Assembly: GCA_017395105.1 (NCBI GenBank)
Contig: JAFPWD010000038.1
Coordinates: forward strand, 20,795 to 84,794
DNA length: 64,000 nucleotides
Direction of reading: 5' to 3'
Origin: Clostridia bacterium
Lineage (GTDB): Bacteria > Bacillota > Clostridia > Christensenellales > CAG-138
Made by a program: the position numbers and the translations under genes. The notes under the pieces were generated by a model, which had not been told where the DNA came from, did not search any database, and saw nothing but the letters and a program-made list of their open reading frames with translations. This document shows, piece after piece, positions 56,529 to 64,000 of the stretch. The stretch's first letter is position 1. Every line of letters starts with the position of its first letter.

Positions 56529-57334
56529 ATTACCTCCGCCATCTCCGAAACGGAGAGCGCATCGTTTTCGGGAATAAGTCCTTCGGCTTGGAGCATATCG
56601 CGAAGCTCCACCATCACGGGAACGTCAAGCCGAAGAGCCCTCAGCTCGTTTCCGCGCTTGAAAATCTCCTCCGGAGTGCCGGTCATGGCGACCTTTCCTC
56701 CGTTCATAACGATAACTCGATCGGCGGCGATGACCTCCTCCATATACTGCGTTATCATTACGACCGTCTTGCCCTTTTCTTTATTCAGGCGGGAAGCGAT
56801 CTCGATAACGGCCTTTCTGCCGAGAGGATCGAGCATCGCAGTCGCCTCGTCGAAAACGAGTACGTCGGGGTCGATTGCGAGCACGCCCGCTATAGCAATG
56901 CGCTGCTTTTGACCGCCTGAGAGCATGTGCGGCGCATGCTTGGCATAGTCGAGCATGCCGACAGCATCGAGAGCGTTGTGTACGCGTTCGATTATCTCAG
57001 TCGTTGGAACGCCGAGGTTCTCCGGGCCGAAGCCAACGTCCTCCTCCACGACAGTGGTGACGATCTGGTTGTCGGGATTTTGAAAAACTATGCCGACTTT
57101 TTTTCTGATATCGAGCGTTTTTTCTTCATCCGAAGTGGCCATCCCGAAAACGCTCACGCTGCCCTCATCGGGCAATAAGAGCGCATTGAGCATCTTGGCA
57201 AGGGTGGATTTGCCGCTGCCGTTGTGACCGACTATCGCAACAAACTCCCCGTCCCCTATCTCAAGGCTTACGCCGTCAAGCGCCTTTTTCAGAGCGCCGT
57301 CATAGCTGTATTCAATGTTTTCTATCGTAATCAT
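56504..57334 (-). CDS. ecfA1: Energy-coupling factor transporter ATPase (EcfA1)
   Basis: It begins 'MITIENIEYSY' and has 'GHNGSGKST', 'LSGGQKQR' and 'LVFDEATAMLD'. The longer ORF-track N-terminus is rejected. Confidence 0.92.
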   Translation of the reverse strand: MITIENIEYSYDGALKKALDGVSLEIGDGEFVAIVGHNGSGKSTLAKMLNALLLPDEGSVSVFGMATSDEEKTLDIRKKVGIVFQNPDNQIVTTVVEEDVGFGPENLGVPTTEIIERVHNALDAVGMLDYAKHAPHMLSGGQKQRIAIAGVLAIDPDVLVFDEATAMLDPLGRKAVIEIASRLNKEKGKTVVMITQYMEEVIAADRVIVMNGGKVAMTGTPEEIFKRGNELRALRLDVPVMVELRDMLQAEGLIPENDALSVSEMAEVICRSLLKN

Positions 57335-57434
57335 TTCTTTTACCCTGCTCTTTGCTTTTTCGCAATGTTTTATTATACATTTTTGTTCGAAAAAGGGCAA
57401 ATATATTAGTTTGGGCGAATATGCTCGCAAACGA

Positions 57435-58301
57435 TCAGTCAAACGAAGCGCGAACGAACTCGATAAAAGCCTTGCATGCCGGCGACACCGGCGCGTTTCT
57501 TCGAGCAGCGATCCCTATTTTCCTTATGCATTCCCTTTCAAGCTCAAGTGTGTTGAAGCTGCCGGATATCGCTTCAAGAATAAGCTCGGGCAATATCGTA
57601 ATGCCGAGCCCCTGCTTCACCATAGCCGCCGCCGCGTAGTCGTCGCTGACCGCAAAGCGAACCTTGGGCTTTATGCCCGTGGATTTGAAGTATCTTCCGA
57701 TATCGTAGTTGCTTCCCTCTCCGGGAACGATAAAATCCATTTTTTCGATGCACTCCGCCGTTAGCTTATCGGATGCAAGAATCGGATGCTCGTCAGGAAC
57801 GAGCGCAAGCAGCCTATCCTCCATAAGCGGGATGAAGTCGGTCTCCTTCAAGGAAGCATCGCTGATAAAGCCGCAGTCCACTTCATCGTTTGCAAGCCAT
57901 TCCTCTATCACCCTATATGTATCCACTCGAACGTCCAATTCGATATTCGGATATGCGGCGTTGAACTCGCGAATTATCGCGGGAAGGCGGCATATAGCGA
58001 TGCTTGAAAAAGCGCCGATGCGCACCTTGCCGGACTTGAGCCCCTTTATTTCCGATGCCGCCTGAAGCGCAATATCCGAGTGCGCTACGGCATCGCGTAT
58101 AAAGGGCAGCATGCGCTCGCCGTCCTGCGTGAGAGAAACCCCCGATTTGCTCCTGGTAAAAAGCGCGAAGCCAAACTCCTTTTCGAGCCCCGAAATAATA
58201 TGGCTGAGAGCGGATTGGGTATAGCCGCTCTGATCCGCTGCGGCGGTAAAGCTGCCAAGCTTGACGGTTTTAAGAAAGAGACGGCAGTATTCAATATTCA
58301 T
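57435..58301 (-). CDS. LysR-family transcriptional regulator
   Basis: The N-terminal wHTH is 'FLKTVKLGSFTAAADQSGYTQSALSHIISGLEKEFGFALFTR', followed by a substrate-binding domain. Confidence 0.9.
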   Translation of the reverse strand: MNIEYCRLFLKTVKLGSFTAAADQSGYTQSALSHIISGLEKEFGFALFTRSKSGVSLTQDGERMLPFIRDAVAHSDIALQAASEIKGLKSGKVRIGAFSSIAICRLPAIIREFNAAYPNIELDVRVDTYRVIEEWLANDEVDCGFISDASLKETDFIPLMEDRLLALVPDEHPILASDKLTAECIEKMDFIVPGEGSNYDIGRYFKSTGIKPKVRFAVSDDYAAAAMVKQGLGITILPELILEAISGSFNTLELERECIRKIGIAARRNAPVSPACKAFIEFVRASFD

Positions 58302-58414
58302 TGTTATTGCCTCATTTTTGTTCGTTTTCTCACTTCACGGATGCTTACGTCTTGCTTCACCTGATTTTCGGTTTTTCCGACCGAGAAAAAGAGATGGAAA
58401 CGGCAATCGTTATC

Positions 58415-58431
58415 CATGAAAGATTTTCATG
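58415..58431. promoter_or_regulatory. Candidate LysR box: perfect palindrome CATGAAA-GAT-TTTCATG in the divergent intergenic region
   Basis: By direct reading, it contains an ATGAAAGATTTTCAT dyad of the LysR T-N11-A type, between the lysR gene and the divergent transporter gene. Confidence 0.4.
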
Positions 58432-58560
58432 TTAAGTATAACAAACATTTGCTTTTTTTGCAACTGCTTTTGCTGTATAGTTCAGTAGTTAGTCTTTCGC
58501 GGTTTTGCGCCAAAAACGCAAAACGGAAAAATCTCGACCGTCAAGGAAGGATAGAAGGTT

Positions 58561-59757
58561 ATGAAAGCAAAGCTGAAAAAGAATTCGGAGGGCGCTTCCC
58601 CCGCTCCCGTTTCGAAGCTTAAATTCTGGCTGTCTCCACTTATTTTCCTCGCAGTTTTCATCGGGCTGATGCTGCTGTTTGCAATTCCCATGGGGCTTTC
58701 AAATGCGCTTAGCACCATTATGAACACGGCGTTTGCGCTTCTTATCGACACGTGTTTCTATATAATGGCCATTGCCGTTATCATGGGCGCAGTGGCGGCG
58801 CTTTTGACCGAGTTCGGCGTTGTTGCGCTTCTCAACCAGCTTCTGAACCCTCTTATGAAGCCGCTGTACGGTCTTCCCGGCGCAGCTGCGCTCGGCATAG
58901 TTACCACCTATCTTTCGGACAACCCTGCTATACTCTCGCTTGCCGAGGATTCGGGTTTTAGGAAGTACTTTAAAAAATATCAGTTCTACGCGCTGACCAA
59001 CCTCGGCACTGCGTTCGGCATGGGAGTTATCGTGTCCACCTTCATGCTTGGCTTGAACGTTACCGGAGGAAGCCTCGTTGCCGCCGTACTCGTCGGCAAT
59101 CTCGGCGCGGTCATCGGCAGCATCGTAAGCACAAGGCTCATGCTGATGCAGACTAAGAAGATCTTCGGCACCGAGGAATACGAGGATGCTACGCCCGTTA
59201 TCGCCGGAAACGGTGCGGGCGTGGAGACCAAGAAGGCAAGCATCGGAATGCGCGTTCTTAACGCTGCGCTGAGCGGCGGCAAGAGCGGCGTTGACATCGG
59301 CCTTGCGATAGTTCCCGGCGTTGTGGTCGTTTGCACCGTGGTCATGCTTCTCACCAAGGGTCCCTCCCCCGACGGCACCTACACAGGCGCTGCGTTTGAG
59401 GGCATTAAGCTTCTTCCCCTTGCTGCCGAAAAGATTAACTTCCTGCTCCAGCCACTCTTCGGCTTCGCTTCGAGCGAATCCATCGCAGTTCCGATCACAG
59501 CTCTCGGCTCCGCAGGCGCTGCAACCGGAATAGTTAAGGAGCTTTCTGCGGCGGGTCTTGTGAATGCGCATGACATAGCCGTTTTCACCTCCATGTGCAT
59601 GTGCTGGAGCGGCTATCTTTCGACCCACGCTTCGATGATGCAGGCGCTTCGCCGTCCCGAGCTAACGGGTAAGGCAATAATCAGCCACACCATCGGCGGT
59701 CTTGCTGCGGGCATTGCCGCAAACTGGATATTCAGGCTCGTAAGCCTGCTGTTCTGA
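58561..59757 (+). CDS. Polytopic membrane protein, probably nucleoside-recognition (Gate) domain / YjiH-SpmA-like transporter family
   Basis: 398 aa, with about 10 hydrophobic segments. 'LLNQLLNPLMKPLYGLPGAAALGIVTTYLSDNPA' resembles Gate-domain proteins. An AGGAAGG RBS region is present. The antisense 309-aa ORF is rejected. Confidence 0.55.
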   Translation: MKAKLKKNSEGASPAPVSKLKFWLSPLIFLAVFIGLMLLFAIPMGLSNALSTIMNTAFALLIDTCFYIMAIAVIMGAVAALLTEFGVVALLNQLLNPLMKPLYGLPGAAALGIVTTYLSDNPAILSLAEDSGFRKYFKKYQFYALTNLGTAFGMGVIVSTFMLGLNVTGGSLVAAVLVGNLGAVIGSIVSTRLMLMQTKKIFGTEEYEDATPVIAGNGAGVETKKASIGMRVLNAALSGGKSGVDIGLAIVPGVVVVCTVVMLLTKGPSPDGTYTGAAFEGIKLLPLAAEKINFLLQPLFGFASSESIAVPITALGSAGAATGIVKELSAAGLVNAHDIAVFTSMCMCWSGYLSTHASMMQALRRPELTGKAIISHTIGGLAAGIAANWIFRLVSLLF

Positions 59758-59843
59758 TTCGATCTTTGCAGACATTTTTTCCTTATTCTGCTTGTAAATC
59801 CCGCACTGTTTTTTCGTTCAAGCGTAATATACTAAAAAATCGC

Positions 59844-59872
59844 TTGACATTTTGCCGCGCAAGTGTTACAAT
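59844..59872 (+). promoter_or_regulatory. Consensus-like sigma-A promoter for tRNA-Pro (-35 TTGACA, 17 nt, TGt-TACAAT)
   Basis: TTGACA is at 59844-59849 and TACAAT at 59867-59872, 21 nt upstream of the tRNA 5' end. Confidence 0.65.
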
Positions 59873-59893
59873 ACACATCGTTCCTCGGAACGA

Positions 59894-59970
59894 CTGGGTG
59901 TGGCGCAGTTTGGTAGCGTGCTTGAATGGGGTTCAAGAGGCCGGAAGTTCGAATCTTCTCACCCAGACCA
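59894..59970 (+). tRNA. tRNA-Pro (anticodon GGG), CCA encoded
   Basis: Hand-folded cloverleaf. The acceptor stem is CTGGGTG/CACCCAG and the D stem is GCGC/GCGT. The anticodon stem is CTTGA/TCAAG with loop AT-GGG-GT. The T arm is GGAAG-TTCGAAT-CTTCT, with discriminator A plus CCA. Confidence 0.9.
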
Positions 59971-59977
59971 AATAAAA

Positions 59978-60010
59978 ACAGATGGGCATGTCCCGTCTGT
60001 TTTTATTTGT
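59978..60010 (+). terminator. Intrinsic terminator after tRNA-Pro
   Basis: ACAGATGGG-CATG-TCCCGTCTGT is followed by TTTTTATTTG. Confidence 0.8.
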
Positions 60011-60174
60011 TTTAATGAACTACCCCCGGCTCTTGAACCCTAAGAGGGGGGCGAGTGCAGAGCGAGCAGCGATTTTGACCATCCTGTGAATAGTCATAAG
60101 TGGTGCGCCGTGCAGCTCGGGGCGAGCAAAATTAGCGACAGTCACATTCTTCTTAGTTCTTTTAGGTTTATTTA

Positions 60175-60200
60175 AGAGCCGCTGCGATCGCAGCGGCTCT
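60175..60200 (-). terminator. Perfect 26-nt palindromic hairpin downstream of htrA
   Basis: AGAGCCGCTGCG-AT-CGCAGCGGCTCT. The T-tract on the minus strand is weak (TTAAATAAA). Confidence 0.5.
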
Positions 60201-60230
60201 CGGTCATTCATAATTCGGTTTTATGCGCTC

Positions 60231-61652
60231 TCAGCGAACCTTTATTCCGTATTTCGCTCCGCCGTAAGCGCCGTCGAGTACAGTGCTTCCTATCGCGTTC
60301 AGATCGCCGACGGTCAGAGTGCAGGTATGATACTCGCCGTCGCGCCAATAGGTTATCTCAACGGTGTCGCCATAAGACTTGGTGCGGATATACGCGCCGA
60401 GCGCCTCATTATCCTCGATCTTAACGTCGTCCGCCCGAGTGATGATATCATCCGCATACAGTCCTGCCTCATGCGCAGGGCCGCCCTCGGTAATAGTGTA
60501 AACAAGGCCGCCGATCGGTATGCCGTACTTCTCTGCGGTTTCGGGAGTTACGAACACGGTGGAGAGCCCGATGCCCGGGCGCACGATGCTTCCTTGCGCG
60601 ATAAGATCGTGTGCGGTCTGAATAGCAGTGTTTATCGGAAGAGCGAAGCCGAGACCCTCTGCGTTTATCGGCTCGCCGTCCTCATCATAGCTTGCCACAA
60701 CGGTTTTGGCGGAGTTCACGCCCACCACAAGTCCGTTCATGTCGAACAGAGGGCCGCCGCTGTTGCCGGGGTTGATCGCCGCATCTATCTGGATATAGTC
60801 GTTGCGAACGCCGTCTATCGTGACGCTTCTGTCAACGGCGCCGACCATGCCGAACGTGGCGGTGAAGCTGAGCTCCTCGCCCGTGGGATGGCCGATAGCA
60901 AGCACAAAGTCGCCTGTGCGTACACGGTCGGAATCGCCCATGGTCAGGGTCTCGAGCACGGCCTCCTCGGGAACCTTCAAAACCGCTATATCGGTTTTAA
61001 CGTCGCTTCCGACGATGGCGGCATCGTAAACGGTGCCGTTATAGGCGGTGATCCTGACGTTTGCCGCGCCGTCAACGACGTGTGCATTGGTGATGATATA
61101 GCCTTCGTCGGTGAAAAAGAAGCCAGAGCCTGTTCCGATATGAGTTGAGCTCCTCGGCGCACCCGAATAGCTGTTTACAATAACAACGCCTGAAACGTTC
61201 TTGGCAAAGAGCTCGTTAAGCCCCGCGCCGAAGTTCATATCGGGGGTATCCGCCTCCGGTGCGGGAGTGGGAAGCTGAAAGTTCGGATCCGGGCTGACCA
61301 TCGGAGTTTTCGAGTGCTCGGGCACCTCTGAGCTATCCGCACTTTGATCCGGCCGCGGCGTTTCTATGACCGAGGTGCGCTTGGTTTCACCTATCGCCGA
61401 AGCAATTGATTTGATGTCGATGAACCTTGCAAGAAAAACAAGACTCGCCAAAAACGCACCCAGCGCGGTGAAAACAAAGGCGGTCAAAACGAGCACGCCT
61501 GCCGTGGGAACCTTTTTATGGATGATGGTGGTCTGCGTTTGAAGAGACCCTCCCTCCTCGCGCCAAACGACGGTTCGCTCTCGCTCGCCGTTATCGTTCT
61601 CCGTCCGTATCGGTTCGGTAAAGAATTCAATTCTCGGATCTTTTTCTTCCAT
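60231..61652 (-). CDS. htrA: Membrane-anchored S1C serine protease with PDZ domain (HtrA/DegP family)
   Basis: It has an N-terminal TM segment and the catalytic triad contexts 'ITNAHVV', 'DIAVLKV' and 'NPGNSGGPLF', plus a C-terminal PDZ domain. Confidence 0.9.
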   Translation of the reverse strand: MEEKDPRIEFFTEPIRTENDNGERERTVVWREEGGSLQTQTTIIHKKVPTAGVLVLTAFVFTALGAFLASLVFLARFIDIKSIASAIGETKRTSVIETPRPDQSADSSEVPEHSKTPMVSPDPNFQLPTPAPEADTPDMNFGAGLNELFAKNVSGVVIVNSYSGAPRSSTHIGTGSGFFFTDEGYIITNAHVVDGAANVRITAYNGTVYDAAIVGSDVKTDIAVLKVPEEAVLETLTMGDSDRVRTGDFVLAIGHPTGEELSFTATFGMVGAVDRSVTIDGVRNDYIQIDAAINPGNSGGPLFDMNGLVVGVNSAKTVVASYDEDGEPINAEGLGFALPINTAIQTAHDLIAQGSIVRPGIGLSTVFVTPETAEKYGIPIGGLVYTITEGGPAHEAGLYADDIITRADDVKIEDNEALGAYIRTKSYGDTVEITYWRDGEYHTCTLTVGDLNAIGSTVLDGAYGGAKYGIKVR

Positions 61653-61722
61653 ATTTCCTCCGTTTACTCGCCGAACGCATGAATTTTGCTTCGGCTCTGT
61701 TTGTTCTGATTTTTAATCCGAC

Positions 61723-63174
61723 TCACGCTTTTTTCGGAGCCGCCGTTCTTTTAAGAGTAAAGGTAAAGCTTGTTATCCCGTTTTCGGATGAAACGCTTAT
61801 ATCCTCACCATGCTGATCGAGGATGAGCTTGACTATCGAAAGCCCGAGCCCCGTGCCCGAGGTTCCGGTATAGGTATGCGCCTTTTCGGCCTTATAGAAT
61901 CGGTCGAACAGCCTTGGAATATCCTCATCCGAGAGCGTGCTGCCGCTGTTTCGAACGGTTATATGCGCCTTTTGCTTATCTGAAACAACCGAAACGCCTA
62001 TCAAGCCCGAGCCCTCGGGGGTGAACTTTATCGCGTTGTCGATAAGGTTATGGAGTACCTGATCGATCCGGTCCCTATCGGCGGATACAAAAAGCGGAGC
62101 GGAGGGCAGTCGGATATCGACTCCTATCCCCTTGCTCTCTATCCTGCTTTCAAAGGTCAGAAGCGAGCCCGTTACCAGCTCGCACACGTCAAACGCGGTG
62201 GGAGCTATCTTATACTGCCCCGATTCTATCCTCGCCATGTCCAGCAGATCGTTCACTATGCCGGACATCCTGCGATTTTCATCAAGCACGACGTTGAGAT
62301 ATTTATTATGCTCTTCGGGCGGGATCACGCCCTCCTCCATCGCTTCGATGAAGCCGCGCATGCTCGTTAGCGGCGAACGCAGTTCGTGGGAAACGTTTGC
62401 AACGAATTCGCGCCTCGCGCGGTCGAGACCCGACACCTTATCCGCCATATCATTGAAGCTTTTGCCGAGTATGCCCAGCTCATCGCTTTGCACCACGCGA
62501 ACTCGAGCCTCAAGATCGCCGTGGGATATCGCGTTCACAACGTCGGTCATGTGCGAAACCGGCTTCGTTATTCTTTTTGTTATTATATAAGTTATGGCGG
62601 CGGTAATCAATACCGCGCCGAGCGCAGAGAGAAAAATATCGAAATACAGCTCGGAAAGCGCCGAGTAATCATCGCTCATATCGTAGCTCAGCATTATCGT
62701 TCCGTATTCACCGTTTTCGGAAACGAGGGGCTTTTTTATCGTCAGCGTTCTTATGCCGACGTAATCGGCCAAAAGATCTGTATAATATGCCTCGAGCTTG
62801 TCTGCGCCATCGGTTTTTTCCGTCAGCTCGGAGATATCGAGTTCAACGCAAACGCGCCATTTTGCGCCTGTTTGGTAATCGTAAAAGCTGCGTATGCCGA
62901 GTGAGGCATCGAAAAAATCGATTTGAAGCAAAGCATCAAACTGCCTAACTATCGCAAGTATCTTCTCCTTTGCGACATCGCGCTTGTTGCTGTCCAGATA
63001 CTCGTCGGAGACTATAAGAGCTATCTCATCGACCTCCCTTGAAAGGCTCCTTTTTGCGGTGCTGATATAGTGATTGCGAATTATCGTTCCCGAAGCAAGG
63101 CCGAGCAGGAGTATTACCGCAACGGCGGAGGACAGATATGCTCCCAACATTCTTGAAAAGAGCGTTTTAAACAT
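61723..63174 (-). CDS. Sensor histidine kinase (TM-extracytoplasmic-TM-HAMP-HisKA-HATPase)
   Basis: It has the H-box 'FVANVSHELRSPLTSM', the N-box 'LHNLIDNAIKFT' and the G-box 'GTGLGLSIV'. Confidence 0.9.
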   Translation of the reverse strand: MFKTLFSRMLGAYLSSAVAVILLLGLASGTIIRNHYISTAKRSLSREVDEIALIVSDEYLDSNKRDVAKEKILAIVRQFDALLQIDFFDASLGIRSFYDYQTGAKWRVCVELDISELTEKTDGADKLEAYYTDLLADYVGIRTLTIKKPLVSENGEYGTIMLSYDMSDDYSALSELYFDIFLSALGAVLITAAITYIITKRITKPVSHMTDVVNAISHGDLEARVRVVQSDELGILGKSFNDMADKVSGLDRARREFVANVSHELRSPLTSMRGFIEAMEEGVIPPEEHNKYLNVVLDENRRMSGIVNDLLDMARIESGQYKIAPTAFDVCELVTGSLLTFESRIESKGIGVDIRLPSAPLFVSADRDRIDQVLHNLIDNAIKFTPEGSGLIGVSVVSDKQKAHITVRNSGSTLSDEDIPRLFDRFYKAEKAHTYTGTSGTGLGLSIVKLILDQHGEDISVSSENGITSFTFTLKRTAAPKKA

Positions 63175-63256
63175 TTCCTTGCCGCCTCTCTGCTTTACTT
63201 TTACAGTGCCGGCACCTTCAGCTCTTTACGCAGATTCGGCGGCACAGTGATCCAGC

Positions 63257-63940
63257 TTATTTTTCGATAAACTTATATCCAACGCCCCAAATGGTCGTGA
63301 TCTCCCATTTGTCGCTATCCCCGAGGCGCGAACGGATGCGCTTGATATGCACGTTTATCGTGCGGCTGTCCGATGCGCCGTCGAAGCCCCAAACCGCGCT
63401 CATTATCTGATTGCGCGTCAGCACCTGACCCTTATGCGCGATAAGGTATCTTAAAAGCTCAAACTCCTTATGGGGCATATCGCAAAGCCTGCCTCCGCAG
63501 GAAACGGTGTAGTTGTCCGTATCCATAGTTATATCGCCTGCGGTCAGGATATGTCCATCCTCCGAAGGTGCGCCGCCTGAGCGCCTGAAAACAGCGCGTA
63601 TCCTCGCAACGAGCTCCTTAGAGTCGAAGGGCTTTACGATATAGTCGTCCGCTCCGATATCCAACCCTTGTATTTTGTCGGATATTTCGCCCTTTGCAGT
63701 CAGCATTATAACGGGAACATTGCTTATCGCGCGGAGCTTTTCGAGTATCTCCCAGCCGTCAAGACCCGGGAGCATAACGTCGAGCAGGATAAGATCGGGC
63801 TTGAACTCTTCAAACGCCGAAATAGCGTTCGCCCCGTTCTTACAGGTAGAAACATCGTAGCCCTTGCTCTTTAGATAGAGCGAAAGGATCTGGCATATTT
63901 TTTCATCGTCGTCCACAACGAGTATGCGTTCGTTATCCAT
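63257..63940 (-). CDS. OmpR-family response regulator
   Basis: It has the receiver 'ILVVDDDE...DLILLDVMLPGLDG...MLTAKG...KPF' and the winged helix 'TINVHIKRIRSRL...ITTIWGVGYKF'. Confidence 0.93.
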   Translation of the reverse strand: MDNERILVVDDDEKICQILSLYLKSKGYDVSTCKNGANAISAFEEFKPDLILLDVMLPGLDGWEILEKLRAISNVPVIMLTAKGEISDKIQGLDIGADDYIVKPFDSKELVARIRAVFRRSGGAPSEDGHILTAGDITMDTDNYTVSCGGRLCDMPHKEFELLRYLIAHKGQVLTRNQIMSAVWGFDGASDSRTINVHIKRIRSRLGDSDKWEITTIWGVGYKFIEK

Positions 63941-64000
63941 AGATCGTATTCCGTTTCTTTTTCAGATTTGAGAACCTTGCCAAGCGCGGTTTTCAAAGCG

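Noticed and set aside
58699-59628. 309-aa minus-strand ORF
   Set aside because: It is antisense to the polytopic membrane protein gene. The plus-strand frame has an RBS and coherent TM-helix periodicity.
60020-60211. 63-aa minus-strand ORF between tRNA-Pro and htrA
   Set aside because: It has no RBS, overlaps the htrA terminator palindrome, and has a basic low-complexity composition. It is likely non-coding.
60231-63940. The RR-HK-HtrA module as something unusual
   Set aside because: The architecture matches the well-known CssRS/HtrA-type envelope or secretion-stress modules of Firmicutes, so it is ordinary.

Overview
This is a 64-kb chromosomal window from a spore-forming Clostridia-class Firmicute. 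The Oscillospiraceae/Ruminococcaceae-like flavour is inference from gene order and protein motifs only. About 85% of the window is core housekeeping, and most of it is recognisable from catalytic motifs. The core genes are: sigK; miaB-mutS-mutL-miaA; a Xer-type recombinase; rnhA; uvrB-uvrA; iorA-iorB plus a PatB/MalY-type aminotransferase; pcrA-ligA; the conserved ylxM-ffh-rpsP-KH-rimM-trmD-rplS-ylqF-rnhB-yraN block; a tryptophanase-family lyase; an M42 peptidase; an ABC exporter; gap; pduL; infC-rpmI-rplT; ecfA1-ecfA2-ecfT; a LysR/transporter pair; a solitary tRNA-Pro(GGG); and an OmpR/HK/HtrA stress module. The stand-out accessory region is 45.9-52.8 kb. It holds a compact minus-strand operon: a PqqD-like RRE, a radical SAM/SPASM enzyme, an 87-aa Cys-rich repeat precursor peptide and an HPr-kinase-like P-loop protein. 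No protease, transporter or immunity gene is present. This operon is transcribed divergently, from back-to-back near-consensus promoters, from three soluble GT2 glycosyltransferases. Two of these are tandem paralogues with long non-GT C-terminal domains. I interpret the operon as a candidate uncharacterised thioether-type (ranthipeptide/sactipeptide-like) RiPP system, possibly coupled to glycosylation or phosphorylation. A second odd locus lies next to the intact sigK. It contains a Spo0A-C-domain paralogue with a degenerate receiver, an amidohydrolase, and a large-serine-recombinase homologue whose catalytic and zinc-ribbon residues look degenerate. No CRISPR arrays, IS elements, rRNA genes or obvious prophage genes were seen. 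All functional calls come from motif recognition by eye, with no database search.
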